Below the pieces are notes generated by a model that saw only the letters and a program-made list of their open reading frames with translations, ran no database searches and had not been told where the DNA came from. Source: an archaeon GW2011_AR10 (lineage in GTDB: Archaea; Iainarchaeota; Iainarchaeia; Iainarchaeales; GW2011-AR10). Taken from it: a stretch of DNA of 32,000 nt. A program made the translations under genes and the position numbers. How positions within the stretch are numbered: the first letter of the stretch is position 1; every line of letters starts with the position of its first letter. Positions 7,541 to 14,663 of the stretch are shown piece after piece. Where the stretch lies: assembly GCA_000830275.1 (NCBI GenBank), contig CP010424.1, positions 540,001 through 572,000 of the forward strand, read 5' to 3'.

Positions 7541-7627
7541 TATAGCAAAATGCTTATGTGTTTGAATTAAAATCGCATTTTGCAACCAGCAAATTAAATG
7601 TTCAAAAATTAAAGCTGTTTGCTATAG
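7541..7627. repeat. Two-hairpin copy (types II + III, inverted orientation) of the CTATAG-bounded hairpin family
   Basis: Hairpin 3a: GCAAAATGC 7545-7553 pairs with GCATTTTGC 7575-7583 (perfect). Hairpin 3b: GCAACCAGC 7582-7590 pairs with GCTGTTTGC 7614-7622 (one mismatch). The 3b loop is the reverse complement of the TTAATTTTTGAACATTTA motif. A T8 run follows at 7637-7644. Confidence 0.8.
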
Positions 7628-7693
7628 TTCCCAAACTTTTTTTTGCACCCCGTTTTCGGCTTATGGAAATCAGGTGCTTTGGCTTTAAGGCAT

Positions 7694-8767
7694 TCATTTC
7701 AGCACAGAATTAACGGCTTCGCAGACCTTTTCAGCGTCCTCAATTTTCAGTGAAGGGTAAATTGGGAGTGAAACAACAAGCTTTGCAAGGTTTTCCGAGG
7801 CAGGAAACTCTCCGCCTTTGAAGCCAAGCGCATCCATGAACGCGGGTTGCAAGTGGATTGGCTTGGCGTAGTGGACTGCATAGCCTATGCCTTCCGCTTC
7901 AAGCACTCTTAAGAGTTTTTCTCTTTCAGTTGCCTTAATCGCAAAAACGTTGTAGGAGTGGGTTGAACCCTTAATCTGCGAGAAGAAAGCGTTTTGTGGC
8001 AAATTTTTTTGATAGATGGAGGCAATTTTTTGGCGTTTCTCAACCCATTTATCCAAGTATTTGAGTTGCACTAAGCCGATTGCTGCATTCACTGTGTTTA
8101 AGCGCTCTGTAAAGCCAATCAACCCATGACTATCAGTGGAAACCCTGCCACAGTCACGGTAAGAGCGGGCTTTTTCAGCCATTTCCTCGTTGTTTGTTGC
8201 AATCATTCCACCGTCGCCGCCAACGTTCATGTTTTTTGTAGGGTAAAAAGAAAAGCAGCCTGCGTCCCCAAAGCTTCCTGCCTTTTTTCCATTGAATTCT
8301 GCACCGTGGGCCTGGCACGCATCCTCCACCAATAACAGCTTGTTGTCCTTGCAGAAGTCCAGTAGTTCGTTCATTTTGCAGCTCTGGCCATAGAGGTGCA
8401 CTGGCATAACTGCTGCAAGCCTATCGGCACTTTTAAGAGAGGCGGGTTCAATTAATGCTGTTTCCTCGCTGACATCAACCAGCAGTGGCTTGGAACCAGC
8501 ATGTATTACGGATGTGGCGCTTGCAATAAAGCTCCAAGCAGGAACAAGCACTTTCTGTTTTGGTTTAATGCCAAGCGAGAGTAAAGCAATTTTTAGTGCG
8601 GCTGTTCCGGAGCTGACTGCAACCGCTTCTTTTACTCCAAGGTACTCTGCGAATGCCTCCTCGAACCTTAACACTGATTCGCCTAAAACAAACTTTTCGC
8701 TTTCAAGGGCCGACAAAGCAGCCTGCTTCATTTCCTCGTTGAACTCCTGCCGAAAGAAGGGAATCAT
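7694..8767 (-). CDS. DegT/DnrJ/EryC1/StrS-family PLP-dependent sugar aminotransferase (ArnB-like)
   Basis: EKFVLGESVLRFEEAFAEYLGVKEAVAVSSGTAAL and LVEDACQAHGA are family motifs. FSFYPTKNM carries the putative PLP lysine. 357 aa. Confidence 0.9.
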   Translation of the reverse strand: MIPFFRQEFNEEMKQAALSALESEKFVLGESVLRFEEAFAEYLGVKEAVAVSSGTAALKIALLSLGIKPKQKVLVPAWSFIASATSVIHAGSKPLLVDVSEETALIEPASLKSADRLAAVMPVHLYGQSCKMNELLDFCKDNKLLLVEDACQAHGAEFNGKKAGSFGDAGCFSFYPTKNMNVGGDGGMIATNNEEMAEKARSYRDCGRVSTDSHGLIGFTERLNTVNAAIGLVQLKYLDKWVEKRQKIASIYQKNLPQNAFFSQIKGSTHSYNVFAIKATEREKLLRVLEAEGIGYAVHYAKPIHLQPAFMDALGFKGGEFPASENLAKLVVSLPIYPSLKIEDAEKVCEAVNSVLK

Positions 8768-8832
8768 GGTTTCGCCTTGCCCTATTTTTCCAACAAGGTT
8801 GCTTTAAACAATTTGTTTTTCAAGGTTTCTGG

Positions 8833-8841
8833 TTTAAAATA
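8833..8841 (+). promoter_or_regulatory. TATA-like box (TTTAAAATA) about 33 nt upstream of the 8870 ATG
   Basis: It lies in the 100-nt divergent gap between the DegT and GT2 genes. A second palindromic TTTAAA at 8803-8808 lies about 38 nt from the DegT ATG on the other strand. Confidence 0.35.
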
Positions 8842-8869
8842 ATTTTCAGCCTAATAAGTTTTGGTCAGC

Positions 8870-9574
8870 ATGAAAAAAGACTTTGTTTCTTTTGTTGTTC
8901 CTGTCTTCAATGAAGAGGAAAACATTGAAAAAATAGCAAACCGTTTAGTTCAGGTGGGGAGAAAAAAATTTTATGAATTTGAAGTGATTTTGGTAAATGA
9001 CAACAGCACCGACAATACATATGCTATCATGCAAAAACTCAAAAAAAAGTTCAAAGAGGTTGAAGTGCTTTCAAGAGCCGATAGCAGCAAAGGAATGGGT
9101 TATGCGCTTGTTGACGGAACAAGGAAAGCAAAAGGCAGCATTGTTGTGTGGACAATGGCTGATTTATCGGATGACGTTCTAACGTATCCAAAATTGGTTG
9201 AAAAAATTAACAAGGGGTTCGACCTTGTTGTTGCCTCACGCTGGATTGACGGGGGTTCACGTGGAACACTTGGAAAAGGAAAAGCGTTTCTGAGCAAAAA
9301 CTGCAGTGCATTTTATCGGCTTGTTTTTGGTTTGCCGGTTCATGATTTAACAAATGCATTTCGGGCATTCAGAAAAGAGATTTTTGATGCAGTGCAATTG
9401 GAGTCAGGGGACTTTGCAATTTCTCCGGAGTTTGCGATTAAAGCCCATAAAAAAGGTTTTCAGGTGGGAGAAGTACCAACTACTTACACTGACCGATACG
9501 CAGGAAAAAGCAAGTTCAGTTTTGCAAAAATGGGGCTGCGGTATTTTAGTTTGCTCAAGTACAGGTTTTACTGA
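8870..9574 (+). CDS. GT2 glycosyltransferase, polyprenyl-phosphate sugar synthase type (DPM1/ArnC/GtrB-like)
   Basis: FVSFVVPVFNEEENIEKI...ILVNDNSTDNT and MADLSDD (DxD-like) are the GT2 motifs. It is small and soluble. The track starts at the TTG at 8861; the ATG at 8870 (MKKDF) is preferred. Confidence 0.8.
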   Translation: MKKDFVSFVVPVFNEEENIEKIANRLVQVGRKKFYEFEVILVNDNSTDNTYAIMQKLKKKFKEVEVLSRADSSKGMGYALVDGTRKAKGSIVVWTMADLSDDVLTYPKLVEKINKGFDLVVASRWIDGGSRGTLGKGKAFLSKNCSAFYRLVFGLPVHDLTNAFRAFRKEIFDAVQLESGDFAISPEFAIKAHKKGFQVGEVPTTYTDRYAGKSKFSFAKMGLRYFSLLKYRFY

Positions 9575-10348
9575 ATGCCAAAAAATAGTTTAGCCAGAAA
9601 AATTGTTCACCACTTTTTCGGTTTACTGGACAGGGCATTTGTGTTGAGAGCCATCAGGATGGTATTCGGCTACAGGGGAGCCATTGTGCTAATGTACCAT
9701 GACATCCCGGGAAAAGAGTTTGAACAGCAGCTGGAGTTCCTGAAAAGAAACTTTGATATCATACCAGTTGAAGAACTAGTGAAGGGGCTAGAGGTTCGCG
9801 GAAGCATGCAGGGAAAATGCGTTCTAACTTTTGATGACGGCTATAAGTCATTCCATTCAGATATCTTTCCGGTTATAAAAAAGCATTCAGTGCCGGTAAC
9901 TGTTTTCCTTATTGCTGGCGCGATAGGAAAAAAGTTCAATGAAAAAAACCTAATGAACTGGACGGAAATCTTGGAACTGCAGGAAACCGGCCTTGTTTCT
10001 TTTGGCTCGCACAGTTTAAGTCATCCTCACTTAAACAAATTAAGCAGGGCACAGCTTGACAGGGAATTGTCAGAATCAAAAAAGGCACTTGAAAAAAAGC
10101 TTGGAAAAAAAATTGAGTTCTTTGCTGCACCTTATGGGGAATATTCAGCAAACCATTTGAATGCTTTCAGCAAAGCAGGGTATAGGGCTGCACTAACTGT
10201 TGTTGAAGGGGACAATATTGCAGGGGGAAATCTTCTGGAATTAAAGCGCATAACAGTTGAAAAATTGCATAAGCCAACCCACATTTATTTCACAACAAGC
10301 GGCCTTAACCGCTTCTTTCAAAAACCCGGACTCCTGAAAAAGATTTGA
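9575..10348 (+). CDS. Polysaccharide deacetylase (CE4/NodB-homology, ArnD-like)
   Basis: CE4 motif 1 is LTFDDGY and motif 2 is HSLSHPH. Its ATG directly abuts the stop of the preceding GT2 (TGAATG). Confidence 0.85.
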   Translation: MPKNSLARKIVHHFFGLLDRAFVLRAIRMVFGYRGAIVLMYHDIPGKEFEQQLEFLKRNFDIIPVEELVKGLEVRGSMQGKCVLTFDDGYKSFHSDIFPVIKKHSVPVTVFLIAGAIGKKFNEKNLMNWTEILELQETGLVSFGSHSLSHPHLNKLSRAQLDRELSESKKALEKKLGKKIEFFAAPYGEYSANHLNAFSKAGYRAALTVVEGDNIAGGNLLELKRITVEKLHKPTHIYFTTSGLNRFFQKPGLLKKI

Positions 10349-11885
10349 CAGGAGCGTAGTTCTGCATAACGTAATTGTGAAGTTTTGGCGAGAAATCTGA
10401 AAGCTTTTTGCCGTCAACTTCCGAATCAGAATAAACTATGTAGCGGGGCTTTTTTTCCTCCAGCGCCGAAATTATTTCATCAATTTCCTGTTCAGTGTTG
10501 TAAGGGTACACAAGCATGTGCCTTGAAGGGTTTGGGCGCTGCAGGAAATAATAGTAAAGCGGTTCAGTGGGCAGCACAAACACAGGCTCATTTTCGCTTG
10601 TGTTCCGGTGAATGAATTCAACCAATTCCTTTTGCTCTGCTGAAAGGAATTCCTCCTGCAACTGCTGGAAAGATACAATTCTGTTGCCGAGCGGATTATT
10701 TAATGCGTTTAGCCCATCAATTGTTTTCTGGAGAAAGCCGCCGTTTACAAAAAAGTATATAAAAAACAAAAAAACAAAAATTATTGCAATAATCGCAGGA
10801 ATTTTTCTCCCAAATTTTGCACTGAAATCCTTGGCTGCATTAATCGAAATTTTTTCCAGCATGAAAACAAGCAGAATGTAGGCTGGCGCTACAGCAAAAG
10901 CAACATGCGAAAAATCAACTCGAGTAGTTGCGGACTTGAAAAGGAAAACCCCGAACAGGAAAACAAGTAGTGCAAAAAAATCGGTTTGGGAAAATTGTTT
11001 GCTTCGGTGTTTTTGAACAAAATATATTGCTGAAACAAGGTAAACCGCAATAGGAAAGTAGAACTTGAATGAAAGCCCTGCAAGCGCTAAGCCCACTGAG
11101 TGGAGGTCAAGTGCTTGTGGAAGCAGCCCGGCCAAAGGAGGAATGGGCCTCGAAATTGTTTCAGCAAAGCGGGGAACGTAAAGCACTAAATCATCAAACG
11201 CGTAACCCAGTGCTCCGTTTATGGCAAGCCACAAAATGAACAGAGCAACCGCTAAAACACCCGGAAAGAAAAAAAATTTTGTTTCCATTAAATTTTTTGT
11301 GGTTTTGAATTTTTGTTTCAGCACAAAAAAATCCAGGAGAAAAAAAACTGTTGAAGCAGCAATAAGGTAAACGAAAATTTCGTGCGAAAGCAGGAAAATG
11401 ATTCCTGCCATCACGCCTGCAAGTGCAAGGAACCATTTTTTTCCTTTTTCAAAAAAATAAATCAGAAAAAGAATAGAGAGAATGGCAGGGTAAACCCTTA
11501 CAGTCAGCCAGTAAATGCCAAGCACTCCAAGGAATGCAGCAAGGAAAGCGAAAAGGCTTGTTTTCATTAATTTTCTCGCAAGAAGGAAAACAACCAGCGG
11601 GCCTACGATCAGGCTGTTCAATAGGCCAAACGACTCAACAACCGAAATTATGCTGATGCCGGAAACGGAATAAATTGCAGCCATCAAATAAAACTGCAGC
11701 GGCATGTAAATTGTTGCAAAGTCAAGGTACGGAATTTTGCCTGCAGCAACCCATTCAACGCTTTGAACGTATATGCCTGTGTCAAAAAAATTCAGGGGTT
11801 TCTGTGGCGGGGCACCAATAAAGAAAAGCAAGCCAAAAAAAAACAGGAGAATTGCGAAAAATCCTTTAGGAAGGGATTGCATCAC
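10305..11885 (-). CDS. Multi-pass membrane protein with a C-terminal soluble domain, putative GT-C-fold glycosyltransferase
   Basis: 526 aa. Many hydrophobic helices are followed by a roughly 140-aa polar C-terminal domain. The first loop reads GKIPYLDFATIYMPL. The start overlaps the upstream SDR stop (ATGA). The family assignment is an inference from architecture and context. Confidence 0.6.
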   Translation of the reverse strand: MMQSLPKGFFAILLFFFGLLFFIGAPPQKPLNFFDTGIYVQSVEWVAAGKIPYLDFATIYMPLQFYLMAAIYSVSGISIISVVESFGLLNSLIVGPLVVFLLARKLMKTSLFAFLAAFLGVLGIYWLTVRVYPAILSILFLIYFFEKGKKWFLALAGVMAGIIFLLSHEIFVYLIAASTVFFLLDFFVLKQKFKTTKNLMETKFFFFPGVLAVALFILWLAINGALGYAFDDLVLYVPRFAETISRPIPPLAGLLPQALDLHSVGLALAGLSFKFYFPIAVYLVSAIYFVQKHRSKQFSQTDFFALLVFLFGVFLFKSATTRVDFSHVAFAVAPAYILLVFMLEKISINAAKDFSAKFGRKIPAIIAIIFVFLFFIYFFVNGGFLQKTIDGLNALNNPLGNRIVSFQQLQEEFLSAEQKELVEFIHRNTSENEPVFVLPTEPLYYYFLQRPNPSRHMLVYPYNTEQEIDEIISALEEKKPRYIVYSDSEVDGKKLSDFSPKLHNYVMQNYAPVKSFSGVRVFERSG

Positions 11886-12811
11886 TCTGCACCTTTCTGT
11901 GCCCTGAAAACCCTTGCAATTCCTTCATCCAGGGAAATCCTTGCGCTCCAGCCGAGTTCCTTGTTTGCCCTTAAAACATCAAAAACGTGCTTTTCCGGAT
12001 CAGCCCTGCTTTCAGTGCGGATTATTTTGGACTTTGAGTTGGTTATTTGCCTCACTTTTTCTGCGAGCTCGTTAAGGGTTATGCCTTTTCCCGTGCCAAT
12101 GTTGAACAGCCTTGATTTTGTCTTCATGAAAGCCGCTTTTGCAGCTGCAGTTGCGATGTCCTCTGCATGCGTCAAATCCCTTACAGTGCTTCCATCACCA
12201 AAAATCTCGATTGGCTTGCCTTGAATTGCGCTGAAAACAAAGTTGTTTATTACCCCTGTTTTTGATGTCATTGCCTGTCTTTCACCATAGGCAGCGGTTG
12301 GGCGCAAAACAGCATAGTTTAGACCGCTGGTTAGGCGGAATAATTCCAAGTAGTTTTCAATTGCAATTTTTGATGCAGCGTAAGGTGTAATAGGATTTGT
12401 TTTGTGCGTTTCGGTTATCGGAATTTTTTCCGGGTTACCGTAAACCGCAATTGAGCTAATGTAAACGATTTTTTCCACGTTTTCTTTAACAGCACTTTCC
12501 ATGAGCGAAACAGAAGGAACAATGTTGGTTTGCGCATCAAACAGCGCTTTGCCAACGCTTTCCCTTGGAAAAGTGGAATGAATGCAGTGGAAAACAATCT
12601 CGTTTCCTTTCAGTGCTTCTCGTACCTCTGCAGAATTTTGAAAATCCCCTTTTACAAATTTAGTTTTATCTAAAACTCCTGCAAGGTTTTTTTTATTCAG
12701 TGTTTTGTCAAAAACAGTTACATCATTTTCAAGCAAAACTAGCTGCTCTGTTATGTGGCTGCCGATAAAGCCGCTTCCACCAAGCACCAAACAACTTGCC
12801 AATTTCACCAC
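11882..12811 (-). CDS. NAD-dependent epimerase/dehydratase (extended SDR, GalE/UXS/ArnA-C-like)
   Basis: The Rossmann motif is LGGSGFIGSH and the catalytic YxxxK is YAASKIA. The track start is GTG. Confidence 0.85.
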   Translation of the reverse strand: MVKLASCLVLGGSGFIGSHITEQLVLLENDVTVFDKTLNKKNLAGVLDKTKFVKGDFQNSAEVREALKGNEIVFHCIHSTFPRESVGKALFDAQTNIVPSVSLMESAVKENVEKIVYISSIAVYGNPEKIPITETHKTNPITPYAASKIAIENYLELFRLTSGLNYAVLRPTAAYGERQAMTSKTGVINNFVFSAIQGKPIEIFGDGSTVRDLTHAEDIATAAAKAAFMKTKSRLFNIGTGKGITLNELAEKVRQITNSKSKIIRTESRADPEKHVFDVLRANKELGWSARISLDEGIARVFRAQKGAE

Positions 12812-13719
12812 TGTAAAAGGTTAATTTTTATGAGCTCCAAAACAAGTTTGGCGCGGGAAAAATTAAATAACAATACACTTACAATCAATTCCGCAATATT
12901 GCTAGGCAACACAACCAGTTTAAGCAAAACAAGGTTTAAGAGACCGTGGTGCTTCCTGAAAAACTTGTTTAAGTTAGTATAATACATTATGTATCTGGCG
13001 TCAGGCGTTTTGCTTGAAGCCCCGCCAAGATGGATGACCCTGCTGTCAGGGCTGAAGAAAATCTTCCAGCCTGCTTTCTTCATGCGGTAAAACCAATCAG
13101 TCTCTTCTACATAAACAAAGTAGTTTTCATCGAATCCTCCCACTTCTTCAATTGCCTCTCCACTAACAATATAGCACGCACCGGTGAAAGAGTCAACTTC
13201 CTGCAACTTATCGTAATTGAATTTTGTTTCAGCGAACCTTTTTCCAAGGAATGGAATGCGCAGCAGCAGCTCCCTTGAAACACTCGGGAAAGGGTGAACG
13301 TTTTTCTGAACGCTTTTGTCCTTGTTGAGGAGCTTGCAGGAAACCGCAGCGGCTTTTTCGTTTTGCTGCATGAATTCAACAATTGGTTTCAGGGAATCAA
13401 GGAAAATTATGTCGGAGCTGACAATTGCGATGAAAGGAGCATGAGATGAATGAATGGCCTGATTGAATGCTTTGCCAAAGCCAAGGTTTTCCTTATTGGC
13501 AATAAGTTTTGCTTTGGGAAACTTTTTTTTCACGAGCACAATGCTGCCGTCAGTGCTGCCGTTGTCAACCACAATTACCTCAAAACCAATATTATTTAGT
13601 TTTTTGTAAGCAGAATTAAGGCACTGCTCCAGCAAAGCCCTTGTGTTCCAGTTAACCACTGCAACAGTTAAAACTCTTTCCCCATTTTTGCCTGAAAAAG
13701 CTTTTTTTGGTTTTTCCAC
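12805..13719 (-). CDS. GT2 glycosyltransferase (rhamnosyl/galactosyl-transferase-like)
   Basis: LTVAVVNWNTRALLEQCL...VIVVDNGSTDGS and NLGFGKAFNQA are the motifs. 304 aa. Confidence 0.85.
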   Translation of the reverse strand: MEKPKKAFSGKNGERVLTVAVVNWNTRALLEQCLNSAYKKLNNIGFEVIVVDNGSTDGSIVLVKKKFPKAKLIANKENLGFGKAFNQAIHSSHAPFIAIVSSDIIFLDSLKPIVEFMQQNEKAAAVSCKLLNKDKSVQKNVHPFPSVSRELLLRIPFLGKRFAETKFNYDKLQEVDSFTGACYIVSGEAIEEVGGFDENYFVYVEETDWFYRMKKAGWKIFFSPDSRVIHLGGASSKTPDARYIMYYTNLNKFFRKHHGLLNLVLLKLVVLPSNIAELIVSVLLFNFSRAKLVLELIKINLLQW

Positions 13720-13759
13720 AAAAAGAAATTGCTATAAAAATATTAAAACCTGAACTGGT

Positions 13760-14476
13760 TCAGTTTCCTTTTGAGAAAAGTGTTTCAAGCCTTACGCGCA
13801 GCAGGTCGCGGGCGGTTTTCTTGATGCGGTTAAAGCCAAAGCACTGGCTGCTGCCGAATTCCCGTTCAAGGTGCTTCACCGGCACCTCCGCAATTTTGAA
13901 GCCGGCTTTCTTAGCCTTGTAAACCAATTCCGCACTGAAAAAACCGCTTTTTGAAGTAAGGGTTATTTTGTCGAAAATTTTCCTGCGCGCAAGCTTGTAG
14001 CTGCAATCAAGGTCCTTAACCGCAAAACCGAATGAAAGAAAAATGAGGAGCTTGTAGATTTTCTGGAAAAATTTTCTCTGGAAGCCTTCAACCCTGTTGG
14101 TTCTGTAGCCTATCACCAAATCTGCATCCTGCATTGCTTCCATAAATTTTGGCAGGTCTTCAACACTGTACTGCGCGTCACCATCAGTAAACCCAACGAA
14201 CTCTTTTTTGCCTGAAAGGAAACCGGTTGTTAGAGCCCCACCGTAATCCATGTTTTTTTCGTGGTGGATTACGCGCATTCTGCCGAGTTTTTTCGCAAGC
14301 TTTTCTGCGACCTCGCCTGACTTATCAGGGGAGGCATCATTTACAACAATCAGCTCGAAGTCGCGGCCGCTTTTTTTCAGAAAACTGTGAAATTTTGGGA
14401 CAATTTTTGGAAGCGACTTCTCATCATGGTAAGCCGGAAAGAAAAAAGAAACGCTTTCCATGCCTTCTGCAGCCAT
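13760..14476 (-). CDS. GT2, polyprenyl-phosphate glycosyltransferase type (GtrB/ArnC-like), paralog of 29378..30082
   Basis: SVSFFFPAYHDEKSLP...LIVVNDASPDKS and FTDGDAQY (DxD) are the GT2 motifs. The C-terminal PVKHLEREFGSSQ resembles the ArnC/GtrB HxxREFGxSK motif. Confidence 0.85.
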   Translation of the reverse strand: MAAEGMESVSFFFPAYHDEKSLPKIVPKFHSFLKKSGRDFELIVVNDASPDKSGEVAEKLAKKLGRMRVIHHEKNMDYGGALTTGFLSGKKEFVGFTDGDAQYSVEDLPKFMEAMQDADLVIGYRTNRVEGFQRKFFQKIYKLLIFLSFGFAVKDLDCSYKLARRKIFDKITLTSKSGFFSAELVYKAKKAGFKIAEVPVKHLEREFGSSQCFGFNRIKKTARDLLRVRLETLFSKGN

Positions 14477-14497
14477 ACCCTAATTTTTTCTCAATCC

Positions 14498-14517
14498 TAT
14501 TAAAAAATGTGATATCA
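14498..14517 (-). promoter_or_regulatory. TATA-like box (TTTTTTAATA on the minus strand) plus adjacent 8-bp palindrome TGATATCA
   Basis: The TATA-like centre is about 26 nt upstream of the 14476 ATG, a leaderless geometry. The palindrome at 14510-14517 lies just upstream of it and could be a regulator site. Confidence 0.4.
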
Positions 14518-14518
14518 T

Positions 14519-14536
14519 CCACACCCAAAGGTGTGG
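14519..14536. other. GC-rich hairpin alpha: CCACACC-caaa-GGTGTGG
   Basis: A 7-bp perfect stem with a 4-nt loop, read directly from the sequence. Confidence 0.7.
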
Positions 14537-14583
14537 GCTTCCTGCCACATGGAAAAGTCAAAAGGTAATTGAAGAGACTTTAT

Positions 14584-14607
14584 CCAACATCTGAAGATGT
14601 TGGTTTT
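14584..14607 (+). other. Hairpin beta: CCAACATC-tgaa-GATGTTGG followed by TTTT
   Basis: An 8-bp perfect stem with a 4-nt loop, then T4. Its 5' flank (ATCCA) and shape resemble hairpin alpha 65 nt upstream. Confidence 0.7.
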
Positions 14608-14663
14608 CGCCAGCCTCTTCCTAAAAGGCTGATGGAGTTTTTCGAAAGCACCCAAAGCAGAAT

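Noticed and set aside
14620-14640. Box C/D sRNA in the 14500-14660 region (CTGA and TGATGG strings)
   Set aside because: There is no exact RUGAUGA C box, and no properly spaced C/D' /C'/D arrangement or terminal stem could be assembled from the sequence.
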